DNA of 64,000 nt, from assembly GCA_041648395.1 (NCBI GenBank), contig JBAZPC010000001.1, forward strand, positions 31,173 to 95,172. The letters are read 5' to 3'. Every line of letters begins with the position of its first letter. Position 1 is the stretch's first letter. The position numbers were made by a program, and so were the translations under genes. The notes under the pieces were generated by a model that saw only the letters and a program-made list of their open reading frames with translations, had not been told where the DNA came from and did no database searches. This DNA is from Minisyncoccota bacterium (lineage in GTDB: Bacteria > Patescibacteriota > Minisyncoccia > UBA9983). Positions 47,049 through 55,656 of the stretch are shown here, one piece after another.

Positions 47049-47662
47049 AATATTATTTCATTTGCCAAAGACGGATTGCTGTCAAAAATATCCGTCCCAT
47101 GACCGGCGTTTTCTAAAACCTTGAGTTTCTTATTCTTTGATTTTAGCATATTAAATAATATTTTGGCGGTTTCTGTGGAATACTCGTCGCTCTCTCCGCC
47201 CGCCGCCAAAAACACGGCTTGGTTTTCGGTTATTTTTTCAGCCGCCGGTTCCGTTTGCATGCCTTGGTAATCAAGGCCAGGAGAAAGCAGAACACTCGCT
47301 TTAATTTCCAGATGCTCCGACTGGAACTGCAGAGCGAGATTGGCGCCTATGGAAGCGCCGCATAAAAAAATATTTTCAAGCAAAACGCCGTTAGAAACAA
47401 AAAAGTCAGCCGCCGCCTCAACGTCTTTTATGCTTGCTTGATAATTTCTATTCCCTTCCGATTCGCCGTGTCCGCGCAAATCAATGGCAAGGCACTGAAA
47501 GCTGGTATTGTTTAATTTCTCCGCAAAGTCCTTCCAGCTCTCTTTCGTCGCGGGCATCATATGGAGAAGAATAATCGCCGGCGCGTTTTTTTCTTTTGTT
47601 GGATAGTAATCGCCGGCAATATTGATATTATCGCTTGTTTTTAAATTAACTCTTTGTGGCAC
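47027..47662 (-). CDS. Alpha/beta hydrolase
   Basis: DLRGHGES, GASIG nucleophile elbow, GHGT. Confidence 0.88.
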   Translation of the reverse strand: MPQRVNLKTSDNINIAGDYYPTKEKNAPAIILLHMMPATKESWKDFAEKLNNTSFQCLAIDLRGHGESEGNRNYQASIKDVEAAADFFVSNGVLLENIFLCGASIGANLALQFQSEHLEIKASVLLSPGLDYQGMQTEPAAEKITENQAVFLAAGGESDEYSTETAKILFNMLKSKNKKLKVLENAGHGTDIFDSNPSLANEIILWIQSLN

Positions 47663-47701
47663 ATCCTAATTTTATCACAAAAAAATAAACACAATAAACC
47701 C

Positions 47702-47738
47702 ACTACCTATTTAGTGCGATAGCATAGAATAGGTAGTA
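47702..47738. repeat. Tripartite palindrome copy 4 (downstream flank of the PaaX-like gene)
   Basis: ACTACC tatttagt GCGATAGC atagaata GGTAGTA. Confidence 0.9.
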
Positions 47739-47740
47739 GA

Positions 47741-48325
47741 TTATAGATTATAAAATTGTTTAAGAAAATTATCTTGATTTATTTCTTTTACCAATAAAAA
47801 TCTGACAAATCGCCTCACGTTAAAAAATTCCGTAATAAAATCTATTTCATCATCGCATTCAAATGGACATACAAATACGCTTTTCTGCAGCGGATAAAAT
47901 TCCATTTCCTTTAATTTATTAGTGAGCGCGCTTCTGGCTTTTTTGTATTTTTCAGGAATATCAAAAACTATAACTCTCCAGTATCCATCCCATTTTTTTG
48001 GTCTTATTAATTCCAATTCGTCAAATTTGTACTTTAATATTTTTTTATTTCCTTTCTCGGTAATTTCCATCACCATATCATTCCCCTTTTTATAAATATC
48101 AATCAGTTTTTGGCTTTGAAGATTACGAAGCGCGCGATTTAATTTAAATTTCTCTTTGGAATTTTTTATCCCAAAAAAATTAAAAACCTGCGGCAGATTA
48201 GGTAAAGCGAAACTGGCGACAATTAAACCGCCAATAGCCAATCCTTTTAAAATATCTTTAGCTAATTCACCTTTTGCATATTTATCTCTTATTGATATTT
48301 TTGTTTTATTCTTAACTTTACTCAT
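47741..48325 (-). CDS. PaaX-like protein (wHTH plus Cas2-like central domain)
   Basis: wHTH wing ITEKG; WDG.WR.I.FDIPE....R..L...L....F..LQKSV.V.P. Confidence 0.85.
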   Translation of the reverse strand: MSKVKNKTKISIRDKYAKGELAKDILKGLAIGGLIVASFALPNLPQVFNFFGIKNSKEKFKLNRALRNLQSQKLIDIYKKGNDMVMEITEKGNKKILKYKFDELELIRPKKWDGYWRVIVFDIPEKYKKARSALTNKLKEMEFYPLQKSVFVCPFECDDEIDFITEFFNVRRFVRFLLVKEINQDNFLKQFYNL

Positions 48326-48355
48326 ATTTTTCTTTTTTTATGCTAATTTAACTAT

Positions 48356-48392
48356 ACTACCTATCTGGTGCGATAGCATAGAATAGGTAGTA
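48356..48392. repeat. Tripartite palindrome copy 5 (upstream flank of the PaaX-like gene)
   Basis: ACTACC tatctggt GCGATAGC atagaata GGTAGTA; 35/37 identical to copy 4 and in the same orientation. Confidence 0.9.
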
Positions 48393-48410
48393 AGTAATTT
48401 GTTATAATTA

Positions 48411-48998
48411 TTAGTTGTTTTTTTTGCCATTGTTATTAAAAATTTTTTTAGATAATCTAAAAACAAACCAAATAACTATTGCGGAAATTATCGCCACTTC
48501 AATAATGTGATAAATGCGTCTAGTGTCTTCAAAAAAACTGATAATGTCATAAGAAAACCTGTATCCCAAGAACATCAAAAGAGGAATATATAATATACTC
48601 GCGGCAATATCGTAAATTAAAAAATCAGAAAAACGTGAATCGGACATTCCGGCAGTAAAAAGAATCACCGGCCGGAAACCGGAAGTGAATCGCCCAATGA
48701 AAACGATTTTTTTGTTGTGGTCTCCGAAAATCTTATGGACTCGCTCCACTTTGTCCTGCGGCAGAAAAAAAGAAAAAAACTTCATTTTAAAAACTTTTCT
48801 TCCTATGTTTTTCCCGATCCAAAATATTACAGCGTCGCTTATGATAATGCCGATTAAAATAACAAAAAAAGCGGCTATCGAGTTGCCGACTTCTTGCTGA
48901 ACGCCTATGCCCGCGCTTAAGACAATTATATCTTCAGGAATAGGGAAAAGACCTACGCCGGTCAAAAGAAGAGCGATAAAAATGAAAACGTAAAACAT
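48411..48998 (-). CDS. DedA family membrane protein
   Basis: PIPED....AG, D...F.IG, F.GRF..G.R, AG. Confidence 0.88.
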   Translation of the reverse strand: MFYVFIFIALLLTGVGLFPIPEDIIVLSAGIGVQQEVGNSIAAFFVILIGIIISDAVIFWIGKNIGRKVFKMKFFSFFLPQDKVERVHKIFGDHNKKIVFIGRFTSGFRPVILFTAGMSDSRFSDFLIYDIAASILYIPLLMFLGYRFSYDIISFFEDTRRIYHIIEVAIISAIVIWFVFRLSKKIFNNNGKKNN

Positions 48999-49015
48999 AA
49001 AATTTGAAACTTAAA

Positions 49016-49711
49016 TCATTTTCCGAACCTTCTCTTTCTGTTTTGGAATTCTTTTATCGCCGACATCAAATCTTTTTCGCTGAAATCCGGCCACATTTTT
49101 TCCGAAAAATAAAGTTCGCTGTAGACGGATTGCCACGGCAAAAACCCTGACAAGCGCATCTCTCCGCCTGTGCGGATCAGGAGGTCGGGGTCCGGCTGGC
49201 CAGCGGTATAAAGATGCTCTTCAAAATATTTTTCATTCATTTTATTCGGTGCCTTTTTTTCTTTCGCTATTTTCCCGACGGCATCTAAAATTTCCGCTCT
49301 TCCGCCATAACTCACCGCAAGATTTAAAACACCTCCTTTATTATTTTTTGTGTCGTTCATGGCTTCGGAAATAAGTTTCCGCAGATTATTCGGCAACCTT
49401 TCAATTTGCCCTATGGCGTTAAATTTTATTTTCTTATCTCTAAAAAAATTAAGTTCATTTTTTAGCACCTTTTCAAACAAGCCCATCAAAAAAGAAACTT
49501 CCGTTTTGCTTCTTTTCCAATTTTCCGTAGAAAAAGCGTAAATCGTTAAAATTTTTACCCCCATTTTATAGCAGGCCTCGGCATTTTTTTTGAAATTTTC
49601 ATAGCCTTTTCTGTGACCAAAAGACGCCGGCAAACCGCGCTTCTTCGCCCAGCGCCTGTTGCCGTCCATAATTATCGCGATATGATGCGGAATACCATCT
49701 TTGTAATTCAT
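49016..49711 (-). CDS. uppS: Undecaprenyl diphosphate synthase
   Basis: HIAIIMDGNRRWA, YAFSTENWKR, YGGR.EI, DLLIRT.GE.RLS.FL.WQ. Confidence 0.97.
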   Translation of the reverse strand: MNYKDGIPHHIAIIMDGNRRWAKKRGLPASFGHRKGYENFKKNAEACYKMGVKILTIYAFSTENWKRSKTEVSFLMGLFEKVLKNELNFFRDKKIKFNAIGQIERLPNNLRKLISEAMNDTKNNKGGVLNLAVSYGGRAEILDAVGKIAKEKKAPNKMNEKYFEEHLYTAGQPDPDLLIRTGGEMRLSGFLPWQSVYSELYFSEKMWPDFSEKDLMSAIKEFQNRKRRFGK

Positions 49712-49720
49712 AAATAAAAA

Positions 49721-50491
49721 TTAATTTTGCCTGAAGAAAATTGAGATTAGAAATATTGCGGCGCTGGAAAGAACAGCAAAAGGCCCTGCGCCAAAACCGG
49801 CAATCTTAAAAATTATAACACCTAAAATGCAACTCACCGCTCCAATAAACATGCCTCCGTAAGAATATTGAAAAAGGTTTCGGCTGAAATTTCTGGAGGC
49901 GGCCGCCGGAATCACAACGAGGGCGCCGACCAAAAGCGAACCAACTATTTTTATTCCCAATGCCACTATTATTCCTATCGCCAAAAGATAAACGAGGTCG
50001 TATTTTCTCACATTTATTTTTAAAGATGATGCTAGGTCTTCTGATAATGTTGATAAAATCATTTCCGAAAAAATTTTCTTGATTGTAAAAAATACAGCAA
50101 TAACCAAAAGGATCGAAACAACGGCCTCGGTTAAATTTATCCGGGTTATATCGCCAATAAGCGCCGTTTCAATATCTTCACTGGGAATAATTAAAAATGC
50201 CAATGCCAAACTGACAGCAAAGACAACTCCTGTCAGGGTCTCCATGTAAATCTCAGTTTTTCCTTTAAACATCCATATCAAAACGATTCCGACAAAAAGA
50301 GACGCAAACGCGCCTGCCTCAACACTGAAATTGTAAATCAGAGCCAAGGCAATTCCCGGCAAAGCGACATGGCCAAGAGCGTCTCCGACAAGAGCCATCC
50401 TCTTCGTCACCATCAAAGTGCCAAGGTATCCCGCCGCTCCTCCCACAAAGATTGCCGTTATTAAGCTGTAAAAAAATTGGCTTTCAATCAT
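49721..50491 (-). CDS. znuB: Zn/Mn ABC transporter permease
   Basis: RMAL.GDAL.H.ALPG, L.GDI, VG.LLV.AL..IP. Confidence 0.85.
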   Translation of the reverse strand: MIESQFFYSLITAIFVGGAAGYLGTLMVTKRMALVGDALGHVALPGIALALIYNFSVEAGAFASLFVGIVLIWMFKGKTEIYMETLTGVVFAVSLALAFLIIPSEDIETALIGDITRINLTEAVVSILLVIAVFFTIKKIFSEMILSTLSEDLASSLKINVRKYDLVYLLAIGIIVALGIKIVGSLLVGALVVIPAAASRNFSRNLFQYSYGGMFIGAVSCILGVIIFKIAGFGAGPFAVLSSAAIFLISIFFRQN

Positions 50492-51176
50492 GTTTGTGTT
50501 GATAAAGTTTCATCTCTCCTCCGTAAAGTTTGCGTAAACTCTCCGAATTAAGCGCTTCTTGCGGAACGCCGTAGCAAACCGCTTTTTTATTGAGGCAAAG
50601 CACGCTGTCGGCAAATTTATAAACGATATTCAAGTCGTGGGTGATAAGAATCATCGTCAAATTTATTTTTTTTTCTATCTGACTCAAAAGATTGTAAATT
50701 GTCTCTTCCCCGCCGATGTCTATACCGGAGGTCGGCTCGTCAAAAAGCAGGATATGCGGCTCATCAACCAAGCTCCACGCAATCATCATTCTTTGAAATT
50801 GGCCCGCCGACAGAAGGCCGATTTTTTTACTCAAGACGGACAAGTCGTCAAGTCCGACTGCTTTGAGCGATTCTTCAATTTTATTTTGTGGCGCCTTTTT
50901 AAATTTAAAAAATTCCCTGACGCTCAAAGGAATTTCTTTGGCAGGAAAAAAATTCTGCGGGAAATAGCTGACCTTCAGTCCCTCCCGCCACTTTATTTCT
51001 CCGGAGAAGGGAATGATGCCGAGCAGCGCTTTCAGAAGGACGGACTTGCCGGCGCCGTTGGGCCCGACAATAATAAGGTTCTCCTTGTTTTTTAAATCAA
51101 AACTAAGGTCATCTATTATCTTGTCGCCATTAAAACTGACGGAAAGATTTTTGACCTTTAATATTAAATCGTCCAT
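50484..51176 (-). CDS. znuC: Zn/Mn ABC transporter ATP-binding protein
   Basis: GPNGAGKS, LSAGQFQR, LFDEP, THDL, C-terminal HKH. Confidence 0.85.
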   Translation of the reverse strand: MDDLILKVKNLSVSFNGDKIIDDLSFDLKNKENLIIVGPNGAGKSVLLKALLGIIPFSGEIKWREGLKVSYFPQNFFPAKEIPLSVREFFKFKKAPQNKIEESLKAVGLDDLSVLSKKIGLLSAGQFQRMMIAWSLVDEPHILLFDEPTSGIDIGGEETIYNLLSQIEKKINLTMILITHDLNIVYKFADSVLCLNKKAVCYGVPQEALNSESLRKLYGGEMKLYQHKHD

Positions 51177-51210
51177 TTTTTATTTTTTACTGAATATGAA
51201 TATAAAATGA

Positions 51211-51822
51211 TTATACCTCAAACGTCATTTTTTTGTAAATGGCGCGGGTAACTTCCACGTCGGCATTGCAATAATCGTAAATTTCTTGCAGTTTGCCTTT
51301 TTTGTAATACTCATGCACTCTTGAGCCGTCCAATCCCCCTTCCTTTGATGATTTTATCCCGAACGCTTTTGCCATTTTATCCAAAGTGATTTTGTCCTGC
51401 ATGTTCCATTTTGACCATTCATACATGATGTCAAAGGTCGGATTATTCCTGTATCTGGCAAAACTCAAGTCCCTCGTCGGCCTCACTCCGAGAATCGCCG
51501 AGCGCTGGTAGATAAATCTTAAGTCAAAATCAAAAATAGTATGGCCGACGAACAAGTCCGCGTCTCTGGCGATATCCCAAAAGTTTTTTAAAATTTCTTT
51601 TTCTTCGCCGTAAAGGCATTTTACGGATTCGTCGTTTACTGCGACAGAAATGCAAAGAATCCTGCCAAAAGAGCCGTCAAAATTTGTCTTTTCAAGATAT
51701 TCATCAAAAGAGTCGCTTATTTTTTTGCCTTTCTCTTTTTTCTTTTCGTAAATGTCTTTCAAGATATGGTGTTTTGATTCCTCCACCGGCAATGTTTCTA
51801 TGTCCAAAAAAAGTTTTTTCAT
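51211..51822 (-). CDS. DEDD 3'-5' exonuclease (PolB-related / RNase H-like)
   Basis: LDIET, GH....FD, YC..DV. Confidence 0.82.
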   Translation of the reverse strand: MKKLFLDIETLPVEESKHHILKDIYEKKKEKGKKISDSFDEYLEKTNFDGSFGRILCISVAVNDESVKCLYGEEKEILKNFWDIARDADLFVGHTIFDFDLRFIYQRSAILGVRPTRDLSFARYRNNPTFDIMYEWSKWNMQDKITLDKMAKAFGIKSSKEGGLDGSRVHEYYKKGKLQEIYDYCNADVEVTRAIYKKMTFEV

Positions 51823-51886
51823 CCCGTCATTATATCAAAAAAGTAAAAAAGAAAAAAGCCACAGGTTATTCCCGTGGCGTTAAGGA

Positions 51887-51979
51887 TTAAGAAAGGGCGA
51901 TATAAAACAACACCGCCACTACAACCGCAAGAAACAAAACCGAAATTATGTTTGTTCCTCTTTTACCTATCACTATCAT
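51887..51979 (-). CDS. 30-aa single-TM small protein (not in the ORF track)
   Basis: SD AAGGAGG 6 nt upstream; MIVIGKRGTNIISVLFLAVVVAVLFYIALS; hairpin plus T run at 51852-51879. Confidence 0.6.
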   Translation of the reverse strand: MIVIGKRGTNIISVLFLAVVVAVLFYIALS

Positions 51980-52035
51980 TTTCGTCCTCCTTTTATTTTT
52001 AAAAACTCCATATCAATAATATAATGTTCGTAAAC

Positions 52036-52070
52036 AAAAAACAACCCTGTTTTTAGCAGGGTTGTTTTTT
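52036..52070. terminator. Intrinsic terminator (bidirectional form)
   Basis: AAAAAACAACCCTG-tttttag-CAGGGTTGTTTTTT. Confidence 0.8.
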
Positions 52071-52082
52071 GGGTTGCTTTTC

Positions 52083-53093
52083 TTAATCGTTACTTCCTTT
52101 ATTTCCGTTTTCTTTGTTTTCTTTCTGACCTTCCTTGGGAGTTGTCGTCGCGTTTCTATCGTTATTTTCGCCTTCCGACTCATCTTTTGCCTTTTCTATA
52201 TCTCTTTCAACATGCTTCAACGCGTCTTTTGCCTGTCTGGCATGCTGTCTTGCTTGCACATACTGACTCTTATCAAACGCCTCTTGCGCCTTGACAATAA
52301 AGTCGTCGTATTGCTTGAAGGAATCGGCTGAAATGGTTATGTTCTTTTCGTTCGCTTCATCAATTACTTCCTGCTTATCTTCTTTGGCCTCGCTTATCGC
52401 TTTCTCGGCTTCTTCTTTTGCGTCAAGCTGGCTCACGATGCGTTCGTGCTCGTTTTCAATTTCATCCAGTTTATTTTCTATCTCCCCGTCTTTGCCTTTT
52501 AACATTCTTTTAATATCATCTTTACTAACATCCAATTTGTTGCGAATTTCTTTTGCAAGATCTTTCACATCTTTGCCTTTGTTTTTTTCTCTCTCAATAA
52601 CGTCGGCGGCTTTTGCCACATTGTTTTTAAAATGACCAAGGGCAAGGGCAAGACCTTTTTCATTGGTGTCTTTCCCTTCAAGAATGGCCTTTATCTCGTC
52701 CGCCCTTTCAGCGGCAAACTCCACTTGAAGTATGGCTTTAGAACCGGGATTAATCGTTAAAGTATAACGCACATCCTCAGTGATTTGTTTGACTGGGTAA
52801 AGAATGCCTCCCGGTAAACTGTTCTGTGAAGCCGCTACTGCTCCACCTCCTCCGAGAGCCACGATTAAAGCGATAATTAATGGTATTGGCATAAGTTTTA
52901 ATTTGTTGATTAAAATAATAAAATTCGACCTTTCTTCCTGTTGTAATGTAAGACGCTCTGTCCCTTTTTTCATTACGATGCCAGAGTCCAAATGAGCCGT
53001 TAATTTGTTCCTTAAAGAAAGCAAAAACTGCCTACTTATCGGAGCATTCTTCAATCTTCTGATTTCTCTTTTGATTTTATAATTTTCAAACAT
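52083..53093 (-). CDS. DUF5667-like membrane protein, putative anti-sigma partner
   Basis: Overlaps the ECF stop; short N-terminal domain, TM, then SLPG..LYPVK...E and A.ER..E. Confidence 0.75.
   Translation of the reverse strand: MFENYKIKREIRRLKNAPISRQFLLSLRNKLTAHLDSGIVMKKGTERLTLQQEERSNFIILINKLKLMPIPLIIALIVALGGGGAVAASQNSLPGGILYPVKQITEDVRYTLTINPGSKAILQVEFAAERADEIKAILEGKDTNEKGLALALGHFKNNVAKAADVIEREKNKGKDVKDLAKEIRNKLDVSKDDIKRMLKGKDGEIENKLDEIENEHERIVSQLDAKEEAEKAISEAKEDKQEVIDEANEKNITISADSFKQYDDFIVKAQEAFDKSQYVQARQHARQAKDALKHVERDIEKAKDESEGENNDRNATTTPKEGQKENKENGNKGSND
52949..52976 (-). promoter_or_regulatory. Putative ECF promoter inside the DUF5667 gene
   Basis: GTAAT-N16-CGTCTTA. Confidence 0.55.
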
Positions 53094-53589
53094 TTTTTAT
53101 TTTTTCCCTTAAAATTTTCATCGCCCGATGAACGCTCACTCTCACGTTATTCGGCGTCTTGCCGGTAATTTCGCTTATTTCTTCTATGCTCATTTCGTCA
53201 ACATATCTGCAATAAATTATTTCCCGCTGTTCTTTTTCAAGCCAAGATAAATATTTTCTCGCAAGAACCGCCGCGATTTTCTGCTCCGTTTCTTTTTCCT
53301 GTTGTGGCTCGTAACTTATTTCCTTTTGGCTTACATCATCCAAACTTATCGCGGCTCTCGGCTTCTGGCGGTAGTGGTCAATTATCAGATTGCCGGCGAC
53401 CGTATATAAAAATGTCTTGATATTTTTGATTTCCTTGCCGGCCGCGACATATTGCCATGTTTTAAAGAATGTTTCTTGCGTCAAATCCTCAGCAACATCC
53501 ATATCGCTCACTTTGAAATAAATGTGCCTTAAAATGGCGGCTGAATAGCTGTCATAGGCGGATAAAAAATTTCTTTCAACCTTGTTCAT
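53086..53589 (-). CDS. ECF RNA polymerase sigma factor
   Basis: AEDLTQETF...W, FLY..A.N..ID..R, region 4 (S..EI....G.....VRV..HRA). Confidence 0.93.
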   Translation of the reverse strand: MNKVERNFLSAYDSYSAAILRHIYFKVSDMDVAEDLTQETFFKTWQYVAAGKEIKNIKTFLYTVAGNLIIDHYRQKPRAAISLDDVSQKEISYEPQQEKETEQKIAAVLARKYLSWLEKEQREIIYCRYVDEMSIEEISEITGKTPNNVRVSVHRAMKILREKIKNV

Positions 53590-53592
53590 ATA

Positions 53593-53623
53593 TATAGACG
53601 ATTATACTATAAAAAAATTACTT
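53593..53623 (-). promoter_or_regulatory. Putative autoregulatory ECF promoter (leaderless transcript)
   Basis: AAGTAAT-N13-AATCGTCTATA immediately before the ECF ATG. Confidence 0.65.
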
Positions 53624-54394
53624 TCTGTTTCGGGAAATAATTTTGAGAGAAAATTTTATCAAAACATACAATACCGCCGCGAACAGCAAATAAAACAATA
53701 TTTTATTGCTAAAAATAAAAGAGGCGGCAGAAAGCGCCAAAAGATATGACGATTTCAACGGCCTTTCCATTGTTTTTGAGTCAGCTGGAATTTCTTTTAT
53801 TTCCTGCTCTATTTCCGTTTTTTTCTCATCAATAATTTGTTTGCCGTTATCAGCCAGCTTGCTTGTTTTTTTGAGAACATATGTAATGGAATCAGTTGCA
53901 ATAACAGCCGACTTGTTTGTTATATTTGCGAGAGTAGAAACAATTTTTTCTTTCACAGGTAAGGGTGGCGGTAAGGCCTCAACAAAAATATCGCTGACAC
54001 CCGTCTGGCTATTTTCCAAAATTATGGCTTCCTCCTGGCCGTCGGCCATTCGTATTTTTGCTTCTATAATTTTCGCCGATATTTTATGCTGACCTTTGAC
54101 GGCAGTCCAATCTATCCCCACTTCTTTTATCTTCCCTTCCCCGCCTACATAAAATCCCGATTTGCCTATGGAAATTTCGTTGTCAAAAAACTCAACCGCG
54201 CCGAGAAGGTCATAGGCGCTGCTGTTAAACACAGCTGAATAAATTTTAATTTTATCCCCTTCTAAAAATTTATCAGTGGAATACCAAATTCCGTTTTGCG
54301 CAAAACCCAAACTACTGTAAGTCTTCGCCTCCGCCGTTGCGCCGTGGCACAAAATAATAATCCCAAAAATAATTGCAAATGTTTTTTTATTCAT
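53618..54394 (-). CDS. Secreted/membrane protein with an Ig/CARDB-like domain
   Basis: Signal peptide, IWYS...G....IY..VFN, W.A..G.H.I.A, C-terminal TM. Confidence 0.65.
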   Translation of the reverse strand: MNKKTFAIIFGIIILCHGATAEAKTYSSLGFAQNGIWYSTDKFLEGDKIKIYSAVFNSSAYDLLGAVEFFDNEISIGKSGFYVGGEGKIKEVGIDWTAVKGQHKISAKIIEAKIRMADGQEEAIILENSQTGVSDIFVEALPPPLPVKEKIVSTLANITNKSAVIATDSITYVLKKTSKLADNGKQIIDEKKTEIEQEIKEIPADSKTMERPLKSSYLLALSAASFIFSNKILFYLLFAAVLYVLIKFSLKIISRNRK

Positions 54395-55625
54395 ATCTTA
54401 ACGCCTCTATCGGGCTTTTGCGCGACGCCTTGCGCGCCGGATAAATGCCAAAAATCAAACCGACGACGGCCGCCACGCCTATTCCCAAAAGCGCGGCCTG
54501 AACCGGAAAAGTGAACGGCCAGTTTAAATTAACGACATTCGTCAAAATTAGAGAGACCGCGAGCGACAACGCCGTTCCCAGCAAAATGCCGATGATTCCG
54601 CCAACAACCGTGAGCATCATCGCTTCCAAAAGAAATTGGGTGAGGATATTTTTCTCCGTCGCGCCGAGTGCTTTGCGGAGTCCGATTTCTCTCGTTCTTT
54701 CCGTCACGGAAACCAACATTATATTCATGATGCCGATACCGCCGACAAGCAGCGATATGGCGGCGACAGCCGCCAAAAACAAAGTCAAAATATTCATTAT
54801 GGTGCTCACTGTATTCAACGCGTCCGCCTGCGTCTCAACAAAAAAATCATCTTTGCTCGGGTCTTCAATATTGTGCGAGTTTCTCAAAGTTATTTTTATG
54901 TCTTCCACGGTTTTCGCGACATTATCCTCGCTGTCCGCTTCAACCGCAAAACGATTGAAATATTTAATGCCAAAAACGTAACGCTGGGCGCTGGTGTATG
55001 GAATCACCGCCGTATCGTCAAAATTCAAAAACGACGCCTGCCCTTTTGGCTTCATTATCCCGATGATTTTGAAATTCCTTCCCTTAATTTTTACTTTCTC
55101 GCCCACGGGGTCGCTGTTTCCAAAAAGTTCGTCTCTGACTTTCGTTCCAATGACAACCACGTCGGCGTATGACTTTATGTCTTCCTCATTTAACAAACGA
55201 CCGCTTCCAGCTGATAAATTATATATGTCGGAAAAACTTTCGTTCACTCCGAAAATGGTCGGCCGATAAGTGTCGTTTCCGTAGGCGATACTGTCGCTGC
55301 CGAAGACAATCGGCATTATTTTTGCCAAATGCGGAACGTTGCTTTTTTTCTGCAAGGCCTCAAGGTCTTTTTCTTTCAGAGAGTCGGTAAAAGTGGAAAA
55401 AACATCTGTCGGACCTTTGGGATGCCTGCCGGGCACGATGCCTATCGTTTTCGCTCCAATGCTTTGAATTTGAGAAAGGATGAGATTTTGCGCGCCCTGC
55501 CCTAAAGACATTACCATCATTATGGCGGTAATGCCAATGACAATTCCTAAAATAGTGAGAATAGACCGCGACTTTTGCGTCCTTAGCCCTTTTAACGCCG
55601 CTTTGAAATTGTTTGCTATCGTCAT
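54387..55625 (-). CDS. MacB-like ABC transporter permease
   Basis: RS.LT.LGIVIG, ISLLVGGIGIMNIMLVSVTERTREIGLRKALGA, PIEALRYE. Confidence 0.94.
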   Translation of the reverse strand: MTIANNFKAALKGLRTQKSRSILTILGIVIGITAIMMVMSLGQGAQNLILSQIQSIGAKTIGIVPGRHPKGPTDVFSTFTDSLKEKDLEALQKKSNVPHLAKIMPIVFGSDSIAYGNDTYRPTIFGVNESFSDIYNLSAGSGRLLNEEDIKSYADVVVIGTKVRDELFGNSDPVGEKVKIKGRNFKIIGIMKPKGQASFLNFDDTAVIPYTSAQRYVFGIKYFNRFAVEADSEDNVAKTVEDIKITLRNSHNIEDPSKDDFFVETQADALNTVSTIMNILTLFLAAVAAISLLVGGIGIMNIMLVSVTERTREIGLRKALGATEKNILTQFLLEAMMLTVVGGIIGILLGTALSLAVSLILTNVVNLNWPFTFPVQAALLGIGVAAVVGLIFGIYPARKASRKSPIEALRYE

Positions 55626-55627
55626 AA

Positions 55628-55653
55628 ATCTTGAAACTTGAACCTTGAAACTT
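55628..55653. repeat. Heptamer array (CTTGAAA-type), left flank of the inserted two-gene cassette
   Basis: atCTTGAAA CTTGAAC CTTGAAA ctt; inverted relative to 56723-56764. Confidence 0.75.
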
Positions 55654-55656
55654 TTA

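Noticed and set aside
47702-48392. CRISPR array with cas2
   Set aside because: There are only two repeats, separated by a whole gene of about 620 bp, and no cas1 or effector genes. The protein has the PaaX-type wHTH fusion.
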